DNA of 64,000 nucleotides from Eukaryota sp. TZLM1-RC (GCA_040285825.1 JAUPSS010000007.1:2144689-2208688), one strand, 5' to 3'; counted from the first letter of the stretch, positions 37,291 through 50,766 are shown. Notes: a model not told the origin generated them from the letters alone. A program made the numbers and translations.

Positions 37291-39169
37291 AGCACCAAAA
37301 GTTCCTGTTGTAGAAGGATGACTTGTTTGTTGGCCAAATGGACATGCAATTACTGAAGGTTGTCCAGGTTGTTGAGTTCCAAAAGAGGATGTTGTCGAAG
37401 ATGAAAATTTAGTCGAAACTAAATTGCTAAAAGTGAACGAAAAGTATAAGTGAAGAAATATAATTCAATCGCGAATCTTGAAAATGATGAAAACTCAACC
37501 AAACTCCACTCACCAACTTTTGTAGCATGTAGTTGTTGTCTGAAGAAAGGAAAACATTCGGAAAGTAATCTTAAACGATATGTATCATTAATAAACACTT
37601 GTAACTAACTTTACTTTGAATCGACAACTATAAGGTTAATTGATTTCAACAAATTTTCTATTTTAGGAAACAAATTTTCAATCATTTCTGACTGTTTCCG
37701 TTCTGTGTTGACGGTCATGGATATTGTTCCACAAACTACAACTGTGGGAGCGTTGGTCAACCAGTTCTTCAGATTCACAAAAAGCTAAGGAACGCCAGTT
37801 CCAAGTTCTTGAGTAGTATACGAGCTCATGCTACTCACCTAGCACAACTCTTTGTGCTCCATTACCCAGAACACTATATGTGGCTTACTCAAAGCCAGTT
37901 CTGGAGCCTTTGTTTCGACTTTGTGTGCCAAAGTGAGCCCAAACAAAGAAGGCCATTTGAGAACCATTTTTTGGTTTACCAAGCGCTGTAACACCTTGTT
38001 CAGCACTTTTGGCCCTGGCGACCGCTGAATGAAACCACCTCAGCCGACGGTGGTAGATTTTAGTGTCTTTCCACTCTTTTTGGCAGTCGAGCCATTCAAC
38101 TGCGAGAAGCCTTTTGTCAGTTGCTCGCTGACGGCCTTGTGGTCTGGAAACGCAATTTTTTCCAGAGCTGCTCTCAATTTCTGATTTGCTCCTGGCCCAA
38201 GAAGTACGCCGACTCTGTACTTCAAGGGATTTAGCCAGATGAGTCAATTTGGCAATGGTATCAAGAAATACACAAGCATATCTTGATCCATTGGCTCAAT
38301 ATAACAGCCAACGCATATATTGGTGGTGGTGAAAATTTGTTCGAAAATTCAATAAGAAACGAACGATTTCCCATCAATATGGAGTCTACGACAACAATCT
38401 TTTAATTTGGCTTGAATATTTTATCTTTTTTAGAAGATAACTGCCCTGACGTGATGAAAAGGCACTCTCTCACCACTGTCCAGTTGGTCTCCATGCTTCT
38501 GAAGCTTGACTAAAGAAGCAAAAGCTTATTTCACAAAGCTAAATGAAAACAAAAAGCTTCTGAACAGCCCTTATCGGTTTTTTAATAAATCCAAATTTAT
38601 TAACTCACCATTTTTTCAAATGGTGATTCCTTACGGTTTGCGTTTTCCAAAAAAAAACTTGTAATAAGTTAAGTAAAGCGGAATTTGAGCCCATGCGAGC
38701 CTCTGGGAACTATGATTTTCATAACTCTGAAAAGAAACAAAAATCCAATGTCCATAGAAAAGCAAATCCACTACGAAGACCACGGTTACCGGTGGATGAA
38801 CAGCCCAATTATCGAGATCCTGATGAAAATTTGTTTTTTGTAACCGTTGATCCCAACCACCGCAATCCTTTGGTTGGACTGCTGGTTCTTTCCAAAATTC
38901 TGCTACCGTTTCTGAACGTTCTGGACTGCTACTGAATCCAAAAAAATGAAGACTAAATCACCCTCCTCATCTCACTCAAGCAACTCCCAATACTTATTCC
39001 ACTCAGAGCTTCCAAGAGTATCTGATTGAAATAATTTTACCTTATGTTCCTGAATCTGAGTGAGAGCCTGAATATGCTTCAATTATGTCTGGAAATTCGC
39101 AGCGTGGTGTAAGAAAAAAGTTGAGAAGAAATAAGTTTGATTTTTTAAAAATAAGAAAAAGGCAAGAGA

Positions 39170-40200
39170 TAAACTCTTTCACCCAATATTTGGGCTAAAT
39201 GTTTCCCCTATGATATTGTGGAACTTCCTCCAAGAAGCTTGCTCTCCTTACCACTGACTTTTGCAATATTGCAGAAAAAAATCTTAAAAGTTTTAGAAAA
39301 CTTGGATTATATTGTACGTCTTAGCTTGGCTAAAGAAAAAATTCGCGTTTTTGAAAACTTTTTGATTGATCTTTAAGACAGTTGCTCAAATTGCCTAATC
39401 TCCCAAATTCCCAACATTTATGGCCTTCTACTTAATGATCACCAATGGACCACTGCAATGACAATGAGATGTTTTCTATGGCCTTGTTCATTACCAAATG
39501 ATTTAATTTGTCGCTGCAAGAGTGTTGTTACGCTTTCCCATATTTTAAACTGTAAGTATTTTATAACTTATCGCTCAATTGTTCATGACTCAGTTGGTGA
39601 TCAATTATATGCCATGTGCAAAAGTTTCAATATAGAGGCATTTATTGAGCCACTAGTACGTAAGCTGTCCTCAGATCAAACTGATGATTCCTTTGGTAAA
39701 AGAAGGGCAGATTTAGTAACTCCAGGGATCGATGGTGTTCTCAATGTTGTAGATGTTGTCTCAGTTGATGTTTGCAAAAATTCTGCTGCTCGTTTCGTGT
39801 ATTCCGCTGATTCGCCGTTATCTAACGCCGAAAACAGAAGATAAAAAATATGAAGAACCTTTGGCACAGTTAGGTAGAGTGGAACATGTGAAATATCAGT
39901 TTGTGCCGTTTGCAATTTCTCTTTTTGGCAATATTGGACTTTCAGGGTTGCACTTTTTTGAAAATTTTAAAAAAGTGTTACTGAATAGGTCTGGTAAAAC
40001 AATGAACTCCACTTTCTGGTTAAATAGAATTGTTTTTTGCATTTTCAAGTGTATTCCAACAATGATTTCAAAGGCACTTTTAGCTATTGGTGTAGAATAT
40101 GAACGTAATGCTGTGAGTAGGTTCAGTAATAGTGACGCTTGTTTGGAGGATATTGAATTCTAGATGCGTTTTTATCTCAAAATAAAAATAAATATTCCAA
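39170..40200 (+). mobile_element. 5'-truncated CRE family E copy
   Basis: CRC..HILNC, RADL, FVPFAISLFGNIG. Near-identical to 23050-23835. Followed by a short family A 3' UTR piece (about 40205-40250). Confidence 0.88.
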
Positions 40201-40290
40201 AAAAATTAGTTATGAGTTGATTGAATTAAGTGTGCAAATTCAATAAATACATATTCACTCTATGTGAATTCTCTGTTGCAATATTAGCTA

Positions 40291-41619
40291 ATGCAACAAC
40301 AACAATCCACAACTCCTTCATTTTCTTTCGGTGCTTCTCCACCAGGTTCTAGTGCATTTGGATCACAATCACAACCTCAATCTCAACAACAACAATCCAC
40401 AACTCCTTCATTTTCATTCGGTGCTTCTCAACCAGGTTCTAGTGCATTTGGATCACAATCACAACCTCAATCTCAACAACAACAATCCACAACTCCTTCA
40501 TTTTCATTCGGTGCTTCTCAACCAGGTTCTAGTGCATTTGGATCACAATCACAACCTCAATCTCAACAACAACAATCCACAACTCCTTCTTTTTCATTTG
40601 GGACATCACAACAATTTGGTTCATCACCGTTTGGAGCCACTCAACCTACCACTACCACACCCTCGTTTTCTTTCTCTTCCCAACCAGCTCAATCATCGTT
40701 CGGTACTTCCACATCAGGTACTCTTCCCCCCGCTGCACCCACTCTTTCACACATTACCTCTCATCGCCACTTAGCTGGACTATCTCCAATGGTAGCGATC
40801 CAGTTACTGGCTTCTGCCTATGATCCTGGACCTGCGGGCGTTTTCAAATGGTTATTCTACTCTCCAAAAACTGCCACCTCAGCACCTGCCACCTCAGCAC
40901 CTGCCACGTCATCGCTATTCGGTGCCTCAACATTTGGCGGTTCTTCTTTCGGGGGTTCTTCTTTTGGAGCCTTTGGACAGAATGCCACGTCAGCCATCGT
41001 CACCACTAAACCCAACGACATTGATGACGGTATGTGGGACAGGGCAGTCAAGAACAATCCTGATCCTAATAAATACGGGATTGTTGTTATTAGGGGACCT
41101 ACAGAATTGAAGAATAGAATTAAGAGTCAAACTGATTCTTGTAAACAACAAATGGAGAAGATTAATCAAAATAAGCAAATTTTAACACAATTGGAGGACA
41201 AGTTTAATAGCGAGCTCTTTTCGAAAATTTCAGAGTTTCAAACAACCCAGCAATCATTGTTGAGAAGATTGTTGAAGATAACGTGTCATTTTGACCGAGT
41301 TGCTGGCAAAGGAAAAGGTTTACAACCATCGGAAATTGCAATCAGATCAAAAATAGTGGACTTTTCAAGACACATTGATGGTCCTCAAGGTTTAAAAATT
41401 AAGTTAAAGGAATTTCAACCCCAAATTAAAAGTTTTGAGCATTATTTCAAGAAAAGTAAGTCAGGATCAAGAACTTTAATTGAGAAACAAGCTATTGATA
41501 CAGTTGTAGGGGTAATTGGGGAGCAAGCGACGGCTATTGAAGTTATTACTAACTTACTGCAAAAGCAGCAACTTGTGGTTAAGAAAATGAAAGAAGAGTT
41601 GGATTCGATTTCAAAGTAG
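40291..41619 (+). CDS. NUP54: FG-nucleoporin Nup54/Nup57-like
   Basis: N-terminal FSFG/AFG repeats, then KPNDIDDGMWDRAVKNNPDP..V.IRG..ELKNRIKSQ and a coiled coil. Confidence 0.85.
   Translation: MQQQQSTTPSFSFGASPPGSSAFGSQSQPQSQQQQSTTPSFSFGASQPGSSAFGSQSQPQSQQQQSTTPSFSFGASQPGSSAFGSQSQPQSQQQQSTTPSFSFGTSQQFGSSPFGATQPTTTTPSFSFSSQPAQSSFGTSTSGTLPPAAPTLSHITSHRHLAGLSPMVAIQLLASAYDPGPAGVFKWLFYSPKTATSAPATSAPATSSLFGASTFGGSSFGGSSFGAFGQNATSAIVTTKPNDIDDGMWDRAVKNNPDPNKYGIVVIRGPTELKNRIKSQTDSCKQQMEKINQNKQILTQLEDKFNSELFSKISEFQTTQQSLLRRLLKITCHFDRVAGKGKGLQPSEIAIRSKIVDFSRHIDGPQGLKIKLKEFQPQIKSFEHYFKKSKSGSRTLIEKQAIDTVVGVIGEQATAIEVITNLLQKQQLVVKKMKEELDSISK
40294..40600 (+). repeat. 90-bp near-perfect coding tandem repeat (30-aa FG unit, 3.4 copies)
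   Basis: Units start at 40294, 40384, 40474 and 40564. Confidence 0.92.
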
Positions 41620-42189
41620 ATTTAATAAAAAAAAGTCTTAAGAAAGTCTTTTTGTTGAGCTTTTTGGATAAGCAAAAACTTTTTTTGCTATTTATCATTG
41701 TTCAAAATATATTTTGAGTTCAACAGGAAATTATTTTATTATTTTATTATTTGAGTTCAACATTTTAAACTTCAACACTTAACATAATAACCAGGGCTAG
41801 AAAGTTTTGAATTGGCATCGAATTGGCTGCTCAAAATTTTCACCATTCAATAATTGCAATTGTTGCATTTACTCCGCAAAATTTGGCAATTGGTTCAGCT
41901 CAAAAATAGACAGATCATGTTGGTGCTATTTAAAATTGTGTAATCAAAGATAAATATGTTTTATTTAAAACTAATTTATTAAGTAAAAACATAGTGTTGA
42001 ATTGACATATAATCACCGAGACTATTGTTCAGCTAACTGCTCCTTCTTTTTGAGGCATCCTGTTGATTGGTGCAAATCTTTTTGAAGGCCTGGATATTCC
42101 ACAGCGAGCTGTTTCATTTCAGAAACAGAGAAATGTTGACGTTTTCATCAAACAAACAATGAAGACAATGAAGACCATACGATAACATC

Positions 42190-43925
42190 ACCTTTAATGT
42201 GTGAATTAAAACAAGAATTTCCAGTTGTTCATATAACTGCTTATATGGATGACATATCAATAATTGGTCCAATTGATTCATTGAGAACAATTGCTGAAAT
42301 TGTTTAACAGCGCTGTTATCAAATTAATCTTTCTCTAAATATCTTCAAATGTTTATTGATTGGTAGAGAGTCTGCTGATTTCATTATTGATGATCAAAGT
42401 GTTCCTTTAATCAATTATTTTGAATCAGGATTTCGTTTTTTAGGTTGTTATTTAGGCAATTTTGATGAAATTCGAAATCAACTGTCCTCTCTTTTGGATA
42501 ATATTGAAGAGGAATTGATTGTTCTTTCAGATTTAAATATTGAAAAACATCTTAAATTTTTCTTCCTCAGAATTTGTTATTCAGGGAAATTTACTCATTT
42601 CCTACGATCAACATCACCATCTATCTCTTTCGAATTTTGCAGAATTTTCAATGAATTAAGAACAAAATTTTTGGGCTAATTTGCTTGACATTGATTCTTC
42701 TTATTTACGCAGTCATATTTTTTATATCACAGAATTGGGATGTCTAGATTTTCACAAATCTAAATATTTGTGTAAAGCTGCATTTATCGGTGGAGGCAAA
42801 AATTTCGTTTTTGAATTTTTGAAACGTTTTCCTGAAAACCAACATTTAATCGAATATTGTGTCAGTGACTATTTTGTGTCCTTGCAGAATGAAATTGAAT
42901 GCATCTCTCCTCACATATGGTCCAAATGCTTTTCTGCTGATATTCAAGAAATTCCACCCAGGAGTTTGATTTCCTTGAAATTTGCACATGCTAAATTGCA
43001 GAAAAAGATATTAAATGTTTTTGAAAACTTGGATTTCACTGTTCGTCTTAGTTTGGCTTAAGAAAAAAAATCCCGTTTTTGCAAACTTTTTAATTGATCA
43101 TATGGAATAGCTCAATTTGTTTCATTTCCCAGATTCCAAATGTATTTGGTTTATTATTAAATGATCATGAATGGTTAATTGCTTTCAGGATGAGCTCTTT
43201 TCTTTGGCCATGTAGTGTGCCCAAATGATTTGATTTGTCGTTGTGGTCAGCTCATCAATCTGAATCATTTATTTAATTGCAAATTTAATATTACATATCG
43301 CTCAGTTGTTCACAATGCTGTTAGAGACCAACTATACGCTATGTGCAAAAGTCATCACATTGAAGCTTTTGTGGAAACACTTGTGCGAAGGTTGTCATCT
43401 GAAAATGAAGATGAAAATCCTTTGGCAAACGCCGAGCTGATTTAATTACCCCTGGGTCTGATGGTGTGATTAAAGTTGTTGATGTTTGTAAAGACTCAGC
43501 AATTGATTTTTGCTAAAAAAAGTTAAAACTGTACTTTGCTTTGGTGAAAAGAGCAAAATCAAAAAGTACAATGAACCCTTATCTCAGCTAGGATGTGTTG
43601 AGCATGTCAAGTATCAGCTGGTTCCATTTGTTGTTTCTCTATTTGGTAACATTGGAATATCTGGCACTAAATTGTCGAAGGTTTAAGATGTTTAATAAAA
43701 GAAAGAGCAGAAAAAGAATTGAACTTCAATTTCTGGCACAATAGATTTGTTTTTAGTATTCTCAAAGCAATTCCAGAAGTGTTGACCAAAGCACTGTTAC
43801 AATTAGGAATGGAGTATGAAAATCGTGCGCTTAAAAGATTTGATGATGTTGATGCGTATATTGAGGATATTGAGTTCTAGTTTTTTGGTTTTATGTTTTC
43901 GTAGCGTTGAAAATAAATTTCATAT
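42190..43925 (+). mobile_element. 5'-truncated decayed CRE-type element (family F)
   Basis: AYMDDI, FRFLGCYLG, KFTHFLRST, CRC..HLFNC, HNAVRDQLY, RADL, FVFSI. AATAAA at the end. Confidence 0.85.
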
Positions 43926-44439
43926 TAAAACAATAACATCACTTCGACTCAACAGCATGCAAAATACAAATTGTATCCATTTGGATTTTCTCTATTTGGT
44001 TGTAGTTGGAGAAAATTTCTTTTGACAACGGAAATTCTTTCATTTAGGATTTATAATTTTAAAGAGTCCGACTTCTTTTCTTTTAATTATAAACTTTTAT
44101 TATTTGAAACAAAATGAATTTGTAAAACTCCAATTATTATGTTTATTTGCTAGTAATGCATTTTGTTTTCACATATGAATTGCTACAGTTTTCATTATGA
44201 CTTTTTCTATGAATATTTTTTTTGCGAAATTCAAATAAATTTAAATCCACTGATAATCTGAGTTGCACACAACCGATATTGTGATATTGTTGCTGAATTA
44301 TTGTTAGAATGCTTGACTAGGATCATATAATTGTTTGCCTACAGTTACCTTTTTGGCAATGATTTATCCAGTATGGTGAAATCTAACGTTGTAATTAAAT
44401 TATAGTTTCAACTGGAGCTATTTGTATAAATTTGGACAG

Positions 44440-45525
44440 TTCCGCGGAGGCAAGAATTGTATTTATGAATTTTCTTGTAGATGTCCTGAAGAATCTCATT
44501 TGTCAGATCCAAATACCAGTCCGTATTTGAATGAGTTATCTGTTAAGCTTGAAAGAATATGCCGCAGCTCTGAAGCAAATATTTTTCCCAAGCAATTCTA
44601 GAAATTCCGGACCAATTTCTTTTTAATTTGCAGTTTTGCTGTAAAAAAATCCAGTAAAAATGTTCAAAGAGTTTGGAAAGCTTGGATTATGATTTTAAAC
44701 TCCGCTTGGCTAAGCAAAACAATCTCGCATTTGCAAATCTTTTACAAGGTACGTGTGATAGACTTCGTCTACTTTAGTAACAAAAATTCCTCACGTTTGT
44801 GGCACAATCTTAACTGATACTGCCTACACTTTGAATATGAAACTTGGCTCCTCTACTGGTTTGATAATTTACCTCCTAATTTCATTTGTATACGAAGTCG
44901 AAAATTGACAAACTCGTTTGTTGCATTGTCAACATTTTACTACATTTAAATTCAAGATTTATGATAATGTAAGAGATCAATATGTTGTATGTGCAAGACT
45001 CATAGAATTGAATCTTTTTTGGATCCTCTGTTGTCAAATGTGTTTAATGCTGAAAATGATGTCAGTAAGAATGACGGAGATTATGTCATATTACATGGAA
45101 TAGATGGAACCTTCATTTTAGTGGATGTAATGTCTGTTGATCCTTGTCATGTCTCAAATGAAAGGCTAACTAATTCTAAAATTCCCCTTTCAAATGCTGA
45201 AAATTTCAAAATCAAAAATTACAGTGAAGCCTTGTCCAAATTGTTTACCCAACAGCATTCTCTGTTGAATTCACTTGCTCCCACGGCTATATGATTTTTT
45301 GTAGATTTTGAAATGATTCTAAGGAGAAGAACTAACAGAAATTTCAACAGATTGTTTTGACAAAATAGAATTGTGGAATTGTGTTTCATATTTTTGAGGG
45401 GATGTTGAAGATGGTTTCTGATACTTTGCTTTTTCTTGGATCTCACAATGACAGAATTGCATCTAGTTGTTTTGTTTTGGGAGAGATGGATTATTTAGAT
45501 GTTGATTTGTAGGTTTTTAAATGAA
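44440..45525 (+). mobile_element. Decayed CRE family B copy
   Basis: GGKNCIYEF, DNVRDQY..CKTHRIESFLDPLL, DVMSVDPC. 3' end similar to 3600-3770. Confidence 0.75.
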
Positions 45526-45641
45526 TCAAAGTAATATCACATTGACCTTTATAAGGAACTTCTATGCAAGAAAGAGTTTTTTGAGTCTTTTCAATGAAAA
45601 AAAGAAGGCAAAGACGTTTTCGATGTACTGGAAGGTTCATT

Positions 45642-45809
45642 TGTTGGCTTCAGTGCACGGTTTTCCATAAACTTAATAAAAACAGATGTTTATAAACGGA
45701 GGTAGAAAATCAACAATAAACTAAACAATAACAAATTTAAACTAATGATGACGTGATACATCACGTCATACTTTCCGAAATCGGCAAGAGGAGTTTAGCC
45801 TGGCTAACA
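45642..45809 (-). repeat. 3' LTR of Gypsy-2
   Basis: TG...CA termini, direct repeat of 52795-52962. Confidence 0.95.
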
Positions 45810-45829
45810 CTGCCTCTTCTTCCTTCTTT

Positions 45830-48800
45830 TTCGTTGTTTCTTGGCCGCAGGATCGGATAGTTTCACATAACGGGAATAGGCGGAAGTATTCTTAATGGAT
45901 GACAGGTTGTTTAGTGGTAGTCCCATCAGACCACAAAACGGTAGCTAGGTTACTAGAGATGTCGAGAATAGCGTCCAGGAAGGCCTCTCCGGAATCTGCA
46001 GCGGCATAGGCATCTAATACAGCGGGCGGCAAGGAAGAGTAGCAAGGCTTGATGAAGTGTACTGAGGTCTTCAAAGAAGAGCGGGTAACAGGATTCAGAA
46101 CAAGGATGGAGCTAGAGGACAGGATCTTCTGCACGGTGTAGGGTCCGACATAATGACCATGGAGTTTGTCTGGCTTCTGACGCAGAACAAAGACTCGGTC
46201 ATTCACCTGAGGACGATAAGAGGGCTCGGGCATATCAATAGTAGATTGGTCGAGCGATTGGCCTACAGCTTCCCAGGAAGAGATGAGCTTCTCTGTCAAC
46301 TTATGCAGATGTTCGATGAATTCTGGCTTGTCAGCAGGCAAGGAATGGGAGGCGAAGGAAGTCAATAGCTGGTTGGGCAGAAGACGAGGAGAGGTGTCAG
46401 ATCCGAAAATTAGACTATATGGAGAGGCGTTCAGAGCTTTCCTTTCTTGTGAGTTTAATACCATCTGGCAGAGGGCAACGTAATCAGACCAGTTAAGGTA
46501 ATCGGAGAAGTCGAGCAGCATACGTCGGATGACTTGAAGAAAGCTTCGGTGTTGGCGTTCTACTAATCCATTGGATTGATGGTAGTGGGGCAAGGATTGG
46601 GTATGTTCAACGTTCAGGAATTGGCATAGTAGACTGAATATCTTGTTGGCGAATTCGGGACCGTTATCAGAGTGTATACAACGTGGGGCACCGAAAACGG
46701 CGTAAACAGAGGAGATTAAGGAGTTGTCTACGGTTAATGCTTTAAGATCTTTCGTAGGAACTAGGATACTGAACTTGGAGAATGCATCAACAAAATGAAC
46801 AATATATCGGTAGCCATAGGAGTCAACGGACAGGGGTCAATGGAATCGCAGTGGAGACTTTCAAATGGGCGGCGAACGGAATTCAAAGATCCAGTGGAAG
46901 AGATCAATGTCTTGGGAACGGGAGCAGTCTTTTGGCAAGGGATACAAGTATTGACGTGGGTTTGCAGGTCGTTTCGCATGTCGGGCCAGTGGAAGTCGGA
47001 CTGTTGGAGGGACTTCCAACATTGGGCGAAGGGAGGATGGCTGGCTTCGGTAGATCCGTGAACCAGAAGGAGAATCTCGGATCGAAGAGAAGGCGGGACC
47101 AAGATCTTATTGGATTGGGTTAGTTTTAAACCCAGTTGAGGTTCGATCTTGCAGTCAACAAACAGAGGGTCACTATCGGGGATCTTTTGCTGTTCCTTGA
47201 ATAACTTGTCGAGGAATGAACGGGTGGGTGAGTTTCTGGCAAGGAGATTGCTGATCAAATCGGAACTGGCAGGAGATTCAGATAGGGAATGAACCAAGGA
47301 AGCAACGTGGTGAGAGTCGGAGTCAGAGGAGATCTCGATTATGGCTGAATCGGAACTGAATCTTCGATCAAGTTCGTCATCCTCAGACATGAACTGGGAA
47401 CGGAGAAAACGGGGATGATCAAATACTTCAGGGTGGAGTTCAAAGATCTCTTTGCGGGTAGGCAAGTGGAAGCGGGAGCTGGGGAGGTAGTAAGCCGGAG
47501 GAAGGTCTGGGGAGCGATTGACATTAACGAAGGCCTGACGACCATCACTATAATCAATGATATCGAGGACTTTATCTCGTAAAACGAAGTCAAGACGGGA
47601 GTGATATTGAGTAGGGCCGTCAAACAGAAGAGAACGGATGTCCTCGAAGTGAGAGCAAACTTGAGAGGTTTCTAGTATGAACTGAGGTTCGTTTTCGGTT
47701 CCGAGGACGGAGCGATAATCCAGCGGCAAATAGTGGTAGTGAATTCTTCTATCATGAGGGTCTATTTGAAGGCCATGAACCATCTCCAGGCATGGAATGG
47801 CTATAGGGCAGGGAGTGATCTCGTCATCGTCGTAGTGGTAGACTGAGTGGATCTCGGGCTTGATTAGGCAAAGGGGAATGAAGGAAGTGATGTCTCGAGA
47901 TGAAGGTAGAGTATGCTTGGCGTAAAAAGAGTCAGGGAGAGTTTGATGATCAGTTAAGGCGGGGCGTCTAGAGGAAGGTCTCAGGTCAGAATATGTCAGA
48001 GCAGTAGGATGTAAACAGAAGTCATATAGCTGTTCACCAAAAGGGGTACCAGTATGCGTATCAGGGATCCAAGGGAAATGATCACATTTGGGGGAGTTGG
48101 GACATTCTCTGGGGCTGCATGGAGGAGGGGTTGAATCATGAAAGCAGCGGCTACTTTGGTCAGCGCGTTTCCATAGGCTGGGGAAATACAACGGTGGTGG
48201 GTCCTTATTCAGATACGATTGATTGATTAGAAAGTGGTATCGGTGAGTGAGGTGACGGTTTCTTTCCCAGCTAAAAGGGACCATGTGAGTAGGGAGAGGA
48301 ATCAAGTGGAAAATATGCGCGTGGTTAATCAGAGAACCTAGGGTGACATCGGGATGAATGTAGTTGAAGATAATGAGGTGAGCGTTCAGGGGCATAACCT
48401 TGGGAAGGTAGTCTAAATGGGGCATCTTGGGATGGTGGAAGTATATACGAAAGTTCCAATTGGCATGTTGAACCAAATCATTAACCTTGAAGTTTCTAGC
48501 ATATAGACCAAGGGGTTCAGCTTCGGGATCAGTAGGAACGGACACGGGTCGAGGGTCGAAAGCAGCTTTGCCAAAATCTCTTGGAGCGATTGTGTTGTTA
48601 AACAGAAGTGGTAAATCAGTTGAGAGGACGAAGAGACGAGCAGACGAGGGAGAGAGTAGTTCGTGAGGTTCGGGATTCAGATTATATTGAATGAAGTGTT
48701 TGCGGGAGTTGAGGTAAGCAGTCACAGAATGCTCAGGACGGAGGGCGGAAGGATGATGGGTTCTACGAGCGGTATCAAAGTCAATGTCGTACCAATGAGG

Positions 48801-48875
48801 GGAGGAGTGCGTCAGATCGTCGAGGTTCAAGTAATTCCACAGGGGAGATCTAGCCGATCTTCGATGAGTCATCAT
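45830..48875 (-). CDS. Gypsy-2 unknown ~495-aa insert followed by integrase and chromodomain-like region (frameshifted)
   Basis: 704-aa ORF 46761-48875 ends in the integrase Zn finger. The integrase core continues to 45892, and the chromodomain-like tail continues in another frame. Confidence 0.85.
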
Positions 48876-50351
48876 GCAGCACAGGGCGGGCGCAGGGTTG
48901 TCAAAGACACTTCTGGTCTTCTTCTCTTCTTTTTTTTCTTCTTTGAAACGGTTTCGACATAGTTAGCCCTAGATAAGTAGTCAGCCCAGTAGTTCTTAGT
49001 TCCTTCATTGTGAACGCAGTCGAAGGAGAAGGACTGAAGGACAGGGATCCATCGGAGAACAACTCGATTGTTGTCGGGGCAGGAGAACAAATAAGCAAGG
49101 TTCTTGTGATCACAGAAAATGGTTAGATGCTTAGTGAGGAGATATGATGAGAGATTGGGCTGGTTCAACGTCATTACAATAGCGAAAAGCTCTTTCTGGA
49201 GGGTGGACCAGCGCTGTTGTGAAGGGGTTAGGATACGTGAATAGAAGGACACGGGCATTACCTTGCGTTTTGAAGGGCAGGTTCCTGGGGGGGAAGGTTC
49301 TAACTCTTTCCAGACAATACCAGCGATAGCTCTGTCAGATGCGTCGGTGGACACAAGAATTGTGTCATCAGGGTCAGGCAGGGCGAGGGGAAGGCTGTTA
49401 ATCACCATATCTTTGATATTGTTAAAGCATTGGAGTTCTTGAGGTCCTAACTTGATGCGTCTGGGTTTGTTCTTCAATAGAGCGGTTAGGGGAGCAAGTT
49501 CTTTGGACACAGAGGGGAGCCAGTCACGGAGAAAATTGATCGAGCCAGTGAAAGATCGGAGTTCGGGGACGGAAGTCGGAGGGGCTAAGTTACGTACGGT
49601 TTCTATCTTGGAGGGATCGATGCGGCGCTTTCCATCTTCAAAGATGGTTCCAAGTATCTTGATTGGATGTCGGTCGGTCTGGAAGGAACACTTGTGGAGA
49701 CCGATTCTCACACGATAACGGCGAGCACGAGACAGGAAGTAGTCTATTCTATGTAAGAAGACTTCTTTCGTTGAGGCGGCTACGATGATATCATCCATAT
49801 AGATGAATACTCCTTCAGAGTCAAAAATACCTTTCATGAGGTTTTGAAACACAGCAGGGACATTCTTTAGGCCAAAAGCAGCACGAGTGTATTTGATCTT
49901 TCTTCCAGGGATGGCTATGGCCGATTTTTCTTGATCGTCGGGATGCAGATTTAACTGCCAGAAGGCTTTTGGCAAATCCAGCGTGGCAATGTATTTATTA
50001 CCAGAGAGGAACTCACAGACATCAGAAATTTTGGGCAGATCAGCTGGATCAGGGACAGTTAGGTCGTTGGTGCCTTCAGCACCGGAGTAATCTCCAGTTA
50101 AGCGAAGGGGGTTTCCCAGGGCGTTGGACAAGACATATGGGTGAGCTCCAGGGTCCATCATAAGGCACAGCAAAACCATTGTTTACGAGCACGTCCATTT
50201 CTTCGTTGGCAACTTTGAGCTTATCTGGGGGCAGGTATCGGAACTTTTTAGAGACAATCTTGGACTTGTCGTGGAAGGGAATGCGCATCGGCGGGCAGTC
50301 TATACCTTCAGGGGCTGGGAGCTTAGAAAATACTTCAGGATACTTGAACAA
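48872..50351 (-). CDS. Gypsy-2 reverse transcriptase-RNase H (frameshifted near 50110)
   Basis: PWSSPICLV, RLTGDYS, YMDD, STDASD, CDHKNL, WADYLSR. Confidence 0.9.
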
Positions 50352-50766
50352 TAAATCTTTGATAGAAGTTTCCAGAGCAAGTGTCGTTCAGCAAAAACGA
50401 GGTTTTGTCCAGATCAGGGAGAGCGGAGAGAGCAGAGATTCGGTCAGACGGGGGAATGAACTGGTCAGGGATTGATTCGTCTTCCATTAACTGATAGTTC
50501 TTATCAGATAGGTTGAGGAAGAGGTAGTCGTTGGTTAGAATGCCTAGCCTTTTGAGGAGGTCACAACCAATAATACACTAATTCTGGCAAGGGAGTACTG
50601 CAAGGGTTACATCGATAAAGGTAAGCTTGGCGGCGCCTCCGAGAGAGAAGGCGAGTTTTCCAGAGAGAAGGGGGCAGACAACTTTAGTCCGGTCAGCTAA
50701 TCCTACTTCAAGAGAGTTATTCGTGGGTTTGAGCTTAGCCTTCTTGGTTAGATCTTCAGAAATGCA

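Noticed and set aside
37600-38330. GC-richer, coding-like minus-strand stretch
   Set aside because: Broken by stops and I cannot assign a family, so it is left uncalled.
48185-48215. DPPPLY in the Gypsy-2 insert as an N6-adenine methyltransferase motif
   Set aside because: Not a true DPPY/NPPF, no preceding hydrophobic strand and no SAM-binding motif seen.
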